52,630 nt of DNA, taken from the NCBI GenBank assembly GCA_017522125.1, contig JAFXAC010000063.1:1-52630 (forward strand), read 5' to 3'. Position numbers and translations under genes: made by a program. Positions 16,941 to 26,253 of this stretch are shown one piece after another (the first letter of the stretch is position 1; each line of letters begins with the position of its first letter). This stretch comes from Clostridia bacterium. GTDB taxonomy: Bacteria > Bacillota > Clostridia > Oscillospirales > CAG-272. The notes beneath the pieces were generated by a model. It was not told the origin of the DNA. It was given only the letters and a program-made list of their open reading frames with translations, and made no database searches.

Positions 16941-19900
16941 ATGGCAAAAAGAACGGATCTTAAAAAGATACTCATCATAGGCTCAGGTCCTATCATCATC
17001 GGTCAGGCGGCAGAGTTTGACTACGCGGGCACGCAGGCTTGCTTGGCACTTAAGGAGGAGGGCTACGAGGTCGTACTCGTCAACTCCAACCCCGCGACCA
17101 TTATGACCGACACCACCATCGCGGACAAGGTCTATATGGAGCCGCTGACGCTTGAATATATTGCAAAAATTCTTCGCTACGAGCGTCCCGACGCCATTCT
17201 CCCCGGCATCGGCGGACAGACGGGACTCAACCTCGCTATGCAGCTTGAAGAGAAGGGCATTCTCAAGGAGTGCCGCGTAGAATTGCTCGGAACGAGCAGT
17301 GAGAGCATCGAGCGTGCCGAGGACAGAGAGCTGTTCAAGGAGCTTTGCCAATCCATCGGCGAGCCGACCATTCCCTCGGAGATAACCTACAGCCTTGAGG
17401 AAGCCAAGGTAGCCGCTAAGAAGATAGGCTATCCCGTAGTGCTTCGCCCCGCGTTCACGCTTGGCGGAACGGGCGGCGGCTTTGCAAACAACGAGGAGGA
17501 GCTTATCGAGATAGGCACTAACGCCTTCCGCCTTTCCCCCGTTCATCAGGTACTTATCGAAAAGAGCGTTAAGGGATATAAGGAAATCGAATTTGAGGTA
17601 ATGCGCGACGGAAACGACCACGCAATTACCATTTGCGGTATGGAAAACATCGACCCCGTCGGCGTTCACACGGGCGACTCGCTCGTCGTTGCGCCCATTA
17701 TGACGCTTTCCGACCACGACGTTAAGATGCTTAACGACAGCGCGATAAAGATAATCCGCGAGCTGAAGATAGAGGGCGGCTGTAACGTGCAGTTCGCGCT
17801 CAACCCCCACTCCAGCGAGTACTATCTCATCGAGGTCAACCCCCGCGTAAGCCGTTCGTCCGCGCTTGCGTCCAAGGCAAGCGGCTACCCCATCGCACGC
17901 GTTACCGCGAAGATAGCCGTAGGTATGGCGCTTGAGGAGATAAAGATTGCCAACACCAACGCCGCGTTTGAGCCGCGCCTTGACTACGTCATCGCAAAGC
18001 TCCCCCGCTTCCCGTTCGACAAATTCACCACCGCGTCCAACACCCTCGGCACGCAGATGAAGGCAACGGGCGAGGTAATGGGCATCGGCTCGAACCTTGA
18101 GGAATGTCTGCTCAAGGGCATTCGCTCGCTTGAGGTCGGCGTAAACCACATATACCACCACAAGTTTGACAATATGTCCGACGCGGACATTCTCGAATAC
18201 ATCTCCACCTTCCGTGACGACAACATCTTCGCCATCGCCGAGATAATCGCGCGCGGCACGAGCGTGGAAAAGGTACACGAGATAACGCAGATAACCCCCT
18301 TCTTCCTTGAAGCTATCAAGCACATCGTCGATATGGAGGAAACGCTCAAGGCGCATCCCTTCGAGCTTGAGACCCTCACCGCCGCAAAGAAGATGGGCTT
18401 TAGCGACAAATACGTCGCAAGAATGTGGAAATGCACCGAGCTTGACGTGTTCAAGTTCCGCAAGGAGCATAAGCTCTTCCCCGTTTTCAAGATGGTCGAC
18501 ACCTGCCACACGGGCGCGTACATTCCCTATTTCTACTCCTCCTACACGGGCGAGAACGCATCCGTCCTCACCGACAAGAAGAAGATAGTAGTTCTCGGCG
18601 CGGGACCTATCCGTATAGGTCAGGGCGTAGAGTTTGACTACTCCACCGTCCACGCCGTAACCACCATTAAAAATTCGGGCTACGAGGCAATCATCATAAA
18701 CAACAACCCCGAAACCGTTTCGACGGACTACACCACCGCCGACAAGCTCTATTTCGAGCCGCTCACGCCCGAGGACGTTATGAACATCATCGAGTTTGAG
18801 AAGCCCGAGGGCGTTATCGCCTCGCTCGGCGGACAGACCGCAATAAACCTTGCACAGCCGCTTCACGACCTCGGCGTTAAGATAATCGGCACGGATTGCG
18901 CCGCTATCGACCGCGCGGAGAACCGCGACGTTTTTGAAAAGCTCCTTTCCGAGCTTAATATTCCCCAGCCCCGCGGCGCGGCAGTTACCAACATCGAGGC
19001 AGGTGTCAAGACCGCGCGTGAGATAGGCTACCCCGTGCTTGTCCGTCCCAGCTTCGTGCTTGGCGGCAGAGCAATGCAGATAGTCGGCAACGAGGAGCAG
19101 CTCCGCCACTACCTTAAGACCGCCGTTGAGATAGACGAGGACAAGCCCGTTCTCGTTGACAAGTACATCAGCGGTAAGGAGGTCGAGGTCGACGCTATCT
19201 GCGACGGCAGAAACGTGTTCGTCCCCGGTATTATGGAGCTTGTTGAGCGCACGGGCGTTCACAGCGGCGACAGTATCAGCGTTTATCCCACCTTCTCGAT
19301 ATCCGACAAGGTCAAGGGCACTATCCTGCAGTACGCAAAGAAGCTCGGTCTTGGCATCGGCATCGTCGGTCTTTACAATATCCAGTTCATCGTCGACAAG
19401 GACGAGAACGTCTTTATCATCGAGGTAAATCCGCGCTCCTCGCGCACCGTTCCCTTCCTTTCCAAGGCAACGGGCTACAGCCTTGCGGACATCGCGACCG
19501 AGGTAATCCTCGGCAAGAGCCTTAAGGAGCAGGGTATTTTCGACATCTACCCCGAGGAGAAGAAGCGTTGGTACGTAAAAGTCCCCGTATTCTCCTTCAA
19601 CAAGCTGCGCGGACTTGACGCATACCTCTCCCCCGAGATGAAGTCCACGGGCGAGGCGATAGGCTATGACGATAAGTACTACCGCGCGCTCTACAAGGCA
19701 CTTCAGGCATCGGGAATGAAGCTGCAAAACTACGGCACCGTCTTTGCCACCATCTCCGACAAGGACAAGGAGGAGGCTCTGCCCCTTATCCGCCGCTTCT
19801 ACAACCTCGGCTTCAACATCGAGGCTACCGAGGGAACTGCTAATTTCCTTAAAAAGAACGGCATCAGAACGCACATTCTCCGCAAGCTTGACGAGGACAG

Positions 19901-20114
19901 CGACGAGATACGCGACGCTCTCTCGCAGGGACACATCGCGTACGTTATCAACACGCGCGACGTTGACTCCATAGGTCAGGCAAGCGACGGCGTGATGATA
20001 CGCCGCTACGCTACCGAGAACAACGTAACGATAATGACCTCGCTTGACACCGTCAGCGTCCTGCTCGACGTGCTTGAGGAAACGACGCTTACGATTTCGA
20101 CTATCGACTCGTAA
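16941..20114 (+). CDS. carB: Carbamoyl-phosphate synthase large subunit
   Basis: GSGPIIIGQAAEFDYAG, two ATP-grasp halves (EVNPR twice), C-terminal MGS-like domain. Confidence 0.97.
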   Translation: MAKRTDLKKILIIGSGPIIIGQAAEFDYAGTQACLALKEEGYEVVLVNSNPATIMTDTTIADKVYMEPLTLEYIAKILRYERPDAILPGIGGQTGLNLAMQLEEKGILKECRVELLGTSSESIERAEDRELFKELCQSIGEPTIPSEITYSLEEAKVAAKKIGYPVVLRPAFTLGGTGGGFANNEEELIEIGTNAFRLSPVHQVLIEKSVKGYKEIEFEVMRDGNDHAITICGMENIDPVGVHTGDSLVVAPIMTLSDHDVKMLNDSAIKIIRELKIEGGCNVQFALNPHSSEYYLIEVNPRVSRSSALASKASGYPIARVTAKIAVGMALEEIKIANTNAAFEPRLDYVIAKLPRFPFDKFTTASNTLGTQMKATGEVMGIGSNLEECLLKGIRSLEVGVNHIYHHKFDNMSDADILEYISTFRDDNIFAIAEIIARGTSVEKVHEITQITPFFLEAIKHIVDMEETLKAHPFELETLTAAKKMGFSDKYVARMWKCTELDVFKFRKEHKLFPVFKMVDTCHTGAYIPYFYSSYTGENASVLTDKKKIVVLGAGPIRIGQGVEFDYSTVHAVTTIKNSGYEAIIINNNPETVSTDYTTADKLYFEPLTPEDVMNIIEFEKPEGVIASLGGQTAINLAQPLHDLGVKIIGTDCAAIDRAENRDVFEKLLSELNIPQPRGAAVTNIEAGVKTAREIGYPVLVRPSFVLGGRAMQIVGNEEQLRHYLKTAVEIDEDKPVLVDKYISGKEVEVDAICDGRNVFVPGIMELVERTGVHSGDSISVYPTFSISDKVKGTILQYAKKLGLGIGIVGLYNIQFIVDKDENVFIIEVNPRSSRTVPFLSKATGYSLADIATEVILGKSLKEQGIFDIYPEEKKRWYVKVPVFSFNKLRGLDAYLSPEMKSTGEAIGYDDKYYRALYKALQASGMKLQNYGTVFATISDKDKEEALPLIRRFYNLGFNIEATEGTANFLKKNGIRTHILRKLDEDSDEIRDALSQGHIAYVINTRDVDSIGQASDGVMIRRYATENNVTIMTSLDTVSVLLDVLEETTLTISTIDS

Positions 20115-20115
20115 G

Positions 20116-20260
20116 GTGAAAACGGCTTTGCCGTTTTCACAGTGAAATCCACCTTCGGTGGGTGAAATCCGACTCCGTCGGGTGAAATACGCCTGCGGCG
20201 TGTGAAATATTTTGCTTCGCAAAATGTTAAGGTAGCTTTTTGCCGAAAGGCAAAAAGCTA
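20116..20260. repeat. Modular mini-hairpin repeat, single arm in reverse orientation, between carB and pyrK
   Basis: gtgaaat-linked hairpins ending in aaggtagctttttgcc...ggcaaaaagc. Confidence 0.9.
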
Positions 20261-20283
20261 TCCTATTAAATAAAGAGGAAAAA

Positions 20284-21018
20284 ATGAAACAATCCATATT
20301 CACGATAATTGAAAACGCGGCGCTGACGCGCGACGTTTGGCGTATGCGCCTGCGCGGCGACACGAGCGCGATAACGGCGGCGGGGCAGTTCGTCAACATT
20401 CAGCTTGACGGTCTTTTCCTGCGCCGCCCCATCTCCGTTTGCGACTGCGAGGGCGACGTGCTTACCCTCATTTACAAGGTCGTCGGCAAGGGCACGGCGC
20501 AAATGGCAAAAATGAGCGCGGGCGAGACCCTTGACGTTCTGACGGGACTCGGCAACGGCTACGACCTCTCCTGCGCGGGCGAGCATCCCTTGCTCATCGG
20601 CGGCGGCGTGGGCGTTCCCCCGCTTTATATGCTTGCAAAACAGCTCCGCGCGCGCGGACTTCGCGTGTCCGTAATACTCGGCTTTAACACCGAGAGCGAG
20701 ATATTCTGCCGCGAGGACTTTGCCGCCCTCGGCTGTGACGTTACGGTTACCACCGTTGACGGAAGCTACGGCACGAAGGGCTTCGTTACCGACGCTATGG
20801 GCGCGGATTACAGCTATTTCTACACCTGCGGCCCCGAGCCTATGCTCAAAGCGGTCTACCGCGCGTCGAAAACGTCGGGACAGATGAGCTTTGAGGAGCG
20901 CATGGGCTGCGGCTTTGGCGCGTGCATGGGCTGCTCCTGCAAGACGCTTACGGGCAACAAGCGCATCTGCAAGGAAGGCCCCGTTATGAGAAAGGAGGAG
21001 ATAATATGGGAAGACTGA
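20284..21018 (+). CDS. pyrK: Dihydroorotate dehydrogenase electron transfer subunit
   Basis: LRRPIS, GGGVG, CGPEPM, and the MGCGFGACMGC...C 2Fe-2S motif. Confidence 0.95.
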   Translation: MKQSIFTIIENAALTRDVWRMRLRGDTSAITAAGQFVNIQLDGLFLRRPISVCDCEGDVLTLIYKVVGKGTAQMAKMSAGETLDVLTGLGNGYDLSCAGEHPLLIGGGVGVPPLYMLAKQLRARGLRVSVILGFNTESEIFCREDFAALGCDVTVTTVDGSYGTKGFVTDAMGADYSYFYTCGPEPMLKAVYRASKTSGQMSFEERMGCGFGACMGCSCKTLTGNKRICKEGPVMRKEEIIWED

Positions 21019-21917
21019 GCGTAAACCTTCTCGGTATCGAGCTTGATAACCCCGTTATCCCCGCCAGCGGCACTTTTGGCTACGGCTACGAATTTGCCGA
21101 GCTTTACGACATAAACGTGCTTGGCACGTTCTCCTTCAAGGGTACTACGCGCGAGGCGCGCTTCGGCAACCCCACGCCCCGCATTGCGGAATGCTCCGCG
21201 GGTATGATAAACGCGGTGGGACTTCAAAACCCCGGCGTTGACGCGGTCATAAGCCACGAGCTTCCCTTACTTAAAAAATGCTTTAATAAAAAGGTAATGG
21301 CTAACGTTTCGGGCTTTTCCGTCGAGGATTACGCCTACGTTTGCGAGCGACTTGACGCCGAGGAGCAGGTCGGCTGGCTTGAGGTCAACGTAAGCTGCCC
21401 CAACGTTCACGGCGGCGGAATGTCCTTCGGCACGTCGCCCGAGGCGGCGGCAGAGGTGGTAAGGGCGGTAAAGGCAGTCACCAAAAAGCCCGTGATAGTC
21501 AAGCTCTCCCCCAACGTTACCGACGTCGTCGCTATCGCCAAGGCGTGCGAGGCGGCGGGTGCGGACGGCATAAGCCTTATCAACACCTTGCTCGGAATGC
21601 GCGTGGATATACGCCGCCGCCGTCCCGTGATAGCCAATAAAATGGGCGGCTTTTCAGGCCCTGCCATCTTCCCCGTAGCGGTGAGAATGGTCTATCAGGT
21701 GTCCCACGCGGTAAAGATACCCGTTATCGGAATGGGCGGAGTCGCATCCGCCGAGGACGTTATCGAAATGATGATGGCGGGCGCGACCGCAGTTGAGATC
21801 GGCGCGCAGAACCTTATCGACCCCTACGCGTGCAAGAAGATAATCGAGGACCTGCCGCGCGTTATGGACGAATACAAAATTGAAAATCTTAAAGATATAA
21901 TAGGAGTGATAGAATAA
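21006..21917 (+). CDS. pyrD: Dihydroorotate dehydrogenase (class 1B) catalytic subunit
   Basis: ASGTFG, NAVGLQNPG, NVSCPN, KLSPN; start at the ATG after AGGAGG. Confidence 0.95.
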   Translation: MGRLSVNLLGIELDNPVIPASGTFGYGYEFAELYDINVLGTFSFKGTTREARFGNPTPRIAECSAGMINAVGLQNPGVDAVISHELPLLKKCFNKKVMANVSGFSVEDYAYVCERLDAEEQVGWLEVNVSCPNVHGGGMSFGTSPEAAAEVVRAVKAVTKKPVIVKLSPNVTDVVAIAKACEAAGADGISLINTLLGMRVDIRRRRPVIANKMGGFSGPAIFPVAVRMVYQVSHAVKIPVIGMGGVASAEDVIEMMMAGATAVEIGAQNLIDPYACKKIIEDLPRVMDEYKIENLKDIIGVIE

Positions 21918-22615
21918 TGGGAAAAGACGTGATTATCGCGTGTGATTTTGACAGCGCGGAAAAGACATTTGCGTTTCTTGATAATTTCAAGGGCAAAAAG
22001 CCCTACGTTAAGATAGGTATGGAGCTTTACTATGCCGAGGGCCCGTCCATCGTGCGCGAGATAAAGGCGCGCGGACACAAGATATTCCTTGACCTTAAGC
22101 TCCACGACATCCCCAACACCGTTAAAAAGAGCATGGCAGTTCTCTCCCGCCTTGACGTGGATATGTGCAATCTTCACGCATCGGGTACTGTTCGTATGAT
22201 GGAGGCGGCGATCGAGGGACTTACCCGTCCCGACGGCACTCGCCCCCTGCTCATCGCCGTAACACAGCTCACCTCGACCGATCAGGAGAGCATGGAGAAC
22301 GACCTTCTCATTCACGAAAGGATCGACGAGGTAGTAATGCACTACGCCGCAAACGCCGCAAAGGCAGGTCTTGACGGCGTCGTTTGCTCCCCCCTTGAGG
22401 CAGAAAAGGTACACGCAAGATGCGGCGCAGGCTTCCTTACCGTTACCCCCGGCGTGCGCTTTGCCGACGGTGATATCGGCGACCAGAAGCGCGTTATGAC
22501 TCCCGCCGAGGCAAAGAGGATCGGCTCTGACTACATCGTCGTCGGCAGACCCATCACCGCCGCCGCCGATCCCGTTGCCGCATACGAAAGATGCGTAAGC
22601 GAATTTTGCGATTAA
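21917..22615 (+). CDS. pyrF: Orotidine-5'-phosphate decarboxylase
   Basis: FLDLKLHDIPNT, VTPGVR, VVGRPI. Confidence 0.96.
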   Translation: MGKDVIIACDFDSAEKTFAFLDNFKGKKPYVKIGMELYYAEGPSIVREIKARGHKIFLDLKLHDIPNTVKKSMAVLSRLDVDMCNLHASGTVRMMEAAIEGLTRPDGTRPLLIAVTQLTSTDQESMENDLLIHERIDEVVMHYAANAAKAGLDGVVCSPLEAEKVHARCGAGFLTVTPGVRFADGDIGDQKRVMTPAEAKRIGSDYIVVGRPITAAADPVAAYERCVSEFCD

Positions 22616-22633
22616 TTTTCGGAGGATATAAAA

Positions 22634-23293
22634 ATGGAAAGCTACAAGAGAGAATTTATACAGTTCCTTGAGTCCGCAGGAGTGCTGAAATTCGGTGATT
22701 TCACCGCAAAAAGCGGCAGAAAGATACCCTACTTCATCAACGCGGGCGATATAAAGACGGGCGACCAGATAGCAAAGCTCGGCGAGTTCTACGCAAAGGC
22801 GTATCTTGAAAAGGTCGGCAACAAAAAGACCGTCCTTTACGGCCCTGCATACAAGGGTATTCCGATCGCGGTAAGTGCCGCTTGCGCACTTTCAAAGCAC
22901 GGACTTGACCTTCCCTTCTTCTTCAACCGCAAGGAAGAAAAGGACCACGGCGAGGGCGGCGTTTTCGTAGGCTACAAGCCGCAGGCAGGCGACGAGATAG
23001 TTATCGTCGAGGACGTTATCACCGCGGGCACGGCTATCCGCGAGAGCATGGAAAATATGCGCTCCCTTGAGGGCGCGCGCGTCGTTGCCACCTTCGTAAT
23101 GGTCGACCGCAAGGAAAAGGGCAAGGGCGAGGACGGCAAGTCCGCTATGGCAGAGGTAGAGGCTGAATTCGGCTTCCCCGTTTACTCGGTAGTCGACGTT
23201 TACGACATCATCGAGTACCTTGAGGAGGACGAAAAGAACGCCGAAAACGTACAGAGAATAAAGAATTATCTTTCGGTAAACGGTGCAAAATGA
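22634..23293 (+). CDS. pyrE: Orotate phosphoribosyltransferase
   Basis: [29 protein letters not shown]. Confidence 0.96.
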   Translation: MESYKREFIQFLESAGVLKFGDFTAKSGRKIPYFINAGDIKTGDQIAKLGEFYAKAYLEKVGNKKTVLYGPAYKGIPIAVSAACALSKHGLDLPFFFNRKEEKDHGEGGVFVGYKPQAGDEIVIVEDVITAGTAIRESMENMRSLEGARVVATFVMVDRKEKGKGEDGKSAMAEVEAEFGFPVYSVVDVYDIIEYLEEDEKNAENVQRIKNYLSVNGAK

Positions 23294-24369
23294 GAAGCGT
23301 AATCGACACGCTCGACCTGACGGTCGAGGAAATACAATCCCTTATAGACACCGCCGAGGATATCGCGCATAACCCCCAGAATTATGCCGAAAAATGCAAG
23401 GGCAAGAAGCTTGCGACGCTCTTTTTTGAGCCGTCCACGCGCACGCGCCTCAGCTTCGAGGCGGCTATGCTTGAGCTTGGCGGCTCAGTCATCGGCTTTT
23501 CCGACGCGGGAAGCTCGTCCGCATCCAAGGGCGAGAGCGTTGCCGACACGGTAAAGGTCATAAGCTGCTACGCCGACGTCATCGCAATGCGCCATCCGCG
23601 CGAGGGTGCGCCCCTCGTTGCCGCGCACAATGCGTCCATTCCCGTTATCAACGCGGGCGACGGCGGACATTGCCACCCCACGCAGACGCTTGCGGACCTT
23701 CTTACCATTCACCGCGAAAAGGGCAGACTTGATAACCTTACCGTCGGCTTTTGCGGCGACCTTAAATACGGCAGAACGGTGCATTCCCTTATCGCCGCGC
23801 TGTCGCGCTACACGGGAATAAAGCTCGTTCTCATCTCCCCTGAGGAGCTTCGCGTCCCGGGCTACGTTACCAAGGGCGTGATAAACGAGGCGGGAATGCC
23901 CTACCGCGAGACCGAAAGCCTTGAGGACGCAATGCCCGAGCTTGACGTGCTTTATATGACTCGCATACAGCGCGAGAGATTTTCGGATATCGACGAGTAC
24001 GAAAGGCTCAAGGACAGCTATATTCTCACGCTTGAGAAGCTCGCAAGCGCAAAGAGCGACCTTATCGTGCTTCATCCCCTGCCCCGCGTAAACGAAATAA
24101 GCGTAAAGGTCGACGACGACCCCCGCGCTTGCTATTTCAAGCAGGTAATGAACGGCAAGCTCATGCGCATGGCGCTGATACTTAAGCTGCTCGGCGCGGT
24201 AGATGAGCCCGACTCGCACCCCATTCCCGACGGTGCGCTGATAAACGAGATATGCTGTCACAACCCCGCGTGCATCACGAAGGTGGAGCAGGAGCTTGAC
24301 CAGGTGTTCAAGCCCGTCGCCCCCGGCGTGTACCGTTGCATTTATTGTGAATCGAAAGCGAAGATATAA
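23290..24369 (+). CDS. pyrB: Aspartate carbamoyltransferase with C-terminal PyrI-like zinc-binding domain
   Basis: [17 protein letters not shown]; tail CHNPACIT...YRCIYCE. Confidence 0.95.
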   Translation: MRSVIDTLDLTVEEIQSLIDTAEDIAHNPQNYAEKCKGKKLATLFFEPSTRTRLSFEAAMLELGGSVIGFSDAGSSSASKGESVADTVKVISCYADVIAMRHPREGAPLVAAHNASIPVINAGDGGHCHPTQTLADLLTIHREKGRLDNLTVGFCGDLKYGRTVHSLIAALSRYTGIKLVLISPEELRVPGYVTKGVINEAGMPYRETESLEDAMPELDVLYMTRIQRERFSDIDEYERLKDSYILTLEKLASAKSDLIVLHPLPRVNEISVKVDDDPRACYFKQVMNGKLMRMALILKLLGAVDEPDSHPIPDGALINEICCHNPACITKVEQELDQVFKPVAPGVYRCIYCESKAKI

Positions 24370-24396
24370 AAAAAGCGGCGCAATGCGCCGCTTTTT
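24369..24396. terminator. Bidirectional intrinsic terminator
   Basis: aaaaagcggcgc-aat-gcgccgcttttt. Confidence 0.8.
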
Positions 24397-24563
24397 AAAT
24401 GATGCATTTGCCCTTCGGGCAAATATGATGCGCGCTTCGCGCATGATGCACGGCTTCGCCGTGTGATGTGTTTGCCTTGCGGCAAACGTTAAGGAAAAAA
24501 GCGGAAGAAACTCGCGTTTCTTCCGCTTTTATTTTATTTATGCTTTTTGCGAAGCAAAAAGCA
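24397..24563. repeat. Modular mini-hairpin repeat (left-arm type)
   Basis: aaatgatgcatttgcccttcgggcaaatatgatg... array, terminator-like hairpin, and gctttttgc..gcaaaaagc. Confidence 0.9.
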
Positions 24564-24610
24564 TTCGGTAAAATTACCATTCGGGAGCTTTTGAGTAATT
24601 ATATTCGTCA

Positions 24611-24713
24611 AAAAGGTATAAATACGAATTTTTAACGAATAATATACTTGACTAATATATGATAATATGTTAAAATATTCTATGAAAAGGTGTAAATACG
24701 AATTTTTGACGAA
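24611..24713 (+). promoter_or_regulatory. Promoter (TTGACT-17-TAAAAT, 24648-24676) bracketed by 29-bp direct repeats
   Basis: aaaaggt(a/g)taaatacgaattttt(a/g)acgaa at 24611-24639 and 24685-24713. Confidence 0.75.
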
Positions 24714-24724
24714 AGGATAGCGAG

Positions 24725-26020
24725 ATGATTGAAAGAAAACAATATTTGGATCAGCTCATTTCAAAAAAAGAAAACGGTCTGATCAAGGTGATCACGGGAA
24801 TCAGAAGATGCGGCAAATCCTATCTTTTATTTGAAATTTATCATAAGTATCTTAATTCCATAGGCGTTGACGATGAGCAAATAATCGAGCTTGCTCTTGA
24901 CGATGATGAAAATATCAGATACAGAAACCCCATAGAGCTTGGCGAGTATATTCGCAGTATCATTGCGGACAAGGATAAGACCTATTACATTTTCCTTGAC
25001 GAGATTCAAAAGGTCAAGACCGTGAAAAATCCTTATCTTGATGATGAAAACGAAACCGTCAGCTTCGTTGACGTGCTTCTTGGGCTGATGAAAAAGAAAA
25101 ATGCAGACGTGTACGTTACGGGCTCTAATTCCAAAATGCTCTCGTCGGATATTCTTAGTGAATTTCGCGGCAGGGGCGACGAGATCCGCGTTCATCCCTT
25201 GAGCTTTGCGGAGTTTTACGGAGCATATAAGGGAGATAAGCGCGATGCTTGGATAGAATATTATACCTACGGCGGTATGCCGTATGTGTGCAGTCTCGCT
25301 GAGCACAGGGCGAAAGCGCAATATTTAAGCGGTCTTTTCGATAATATCTATTTATCGGACATACTTGAGCGTCATAGCATTCGTGACAAGGGAATACTTG
25401 ACGAGCTTTTGAATTTGATCTCGTCCTCCGTTGGCTCGCTGACCAACCCCCGCAAAATAGCCGATACCTTTGCAAGCGTGGAGCGCATAAAGATAAGCCC
25501 TGATACCGTTTCTCAATATCTTGATTATTTTATTGATGCGTTTATGCTCAATAAAGCACAGCGCTTTGATATCAAGGGGAGAAAATATATCGGCTCGCCG
25601 CAAAAATATTATTTTTCCGATATCGGACTGCGTAATGCAAGGCTGAATTTCCGACAAACCGAGGAAAATCACATTATGGAAAATATAATATATAACGAGC
25701 TGATAATACGCGGCTTTACCGTTGACGTGGGCGTTGTAGAGTATAATTACAAGGATTCCGAGGGCAAAAGTAAAAAGACCAACCTCGAGGTAGATTTCGT
25801 TATTACCGACGGCGGCCGCAAGTATTATATTCAATCCGCACTTACGGTAGGTGAAGAGGACAAGAGATTGCAGGAGGTGCGCCCGTATGCAAGGATCGCG
25901 GACTCATTCAAGAAAATCGTTGTGGTAAAGGATAATATTATTCCTTGGCACGATGATAACGGGGTGCTTTATATAGGAATTGAAAAATTTCTGCTCGACC
26001 CCCGCGCGATGGAGCTGTGA
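24725..26020 (+). CDS. AAA_14/DUF4143 family ATP-binding protein (COG1373-like)
   Basis: Walker A GIRRCGKS, Walker B FLDEIQ, VTGSNS, KYYFSDIGLR, C-terminal EVDF..YIQS; more AT-rich than its neighbours. Confidence 0.88.
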   Translation: MIERKQYLDQLISKKENGLIKVITGIRRCGKSYLLFEIYHKYLNSIGVDDEQIIELALDDDENIRYRNPIELGEYIRSIIADKDKTYYIFLDEIQKVKTVKNPYLDDENETVSFVDVLLGLMKKKNADVYVTGSNSKMLSSDILSEFRGRGDEIRVHPLSFAEFYGAYKGDKRDAWIEYYTYGGMPYVCSLAEHRAKAQYLSGLFDNIYLSDILERHSIRDKGILDELLNLISSSVGSLTNPRKIADTFASVERIKISPDTVSQYLDYFIDAFMLNKAQRFDIKGRKYIGSPQKYYFSDIGLRNARLNFRQTEENHIMENIIYNELIIRGFTVDVGVVEYNYKDSEGKSKKTNLEVDFVITDGGRKYYIQSALTVGEEDKRLQEVRPYARIADSFKKIVVVKDNIIPWHDDNGVLYIGIEKFLLDPRAMEL

Positions 26021-26250
26021 AAACGCTCACGCGTTTTCAATGAAGTTGCGGCTTTGCCGCAGTGAAGCGCGCTCCGCGCGTGAAGCACGGCTTCGCCGTA
26101 TGAAGTGTTTGCCTTGCGGCAAACGAAAATGAAGCTTTTTGCCAAAAGGCAAAAAGCCACCTTAACTTTGCACTTTGCACTTTGCACTTTCTAAAACACC
26201 TGCGGTGTTTTAGAAAAAAGGTTGAAGCCGAGGCTTCAACCTTTTTGTTT
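26017..26250. repeat. Modular repeat with tgaag-linked hairpins and (ttgcact)3 heptamers
   Basis: Starts inside the TGA stop of the ATPase and ends in a ggttgaagcc..ggcttcaacc hairpin. Confidence 0.88.
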
Positions 26251-26253
26251 TTA

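Noticed and set aside
16983-20399. 1138-aa antisense ORF over carB, and similar long antisense ORFs over the phosphoesterases, ygiQ, sdaA, comM and the Gfo gene
   Set aside because: Shadow frames from codon bias in the real genes; no recognisable motifs, and each lies opposite a well-supported gene.
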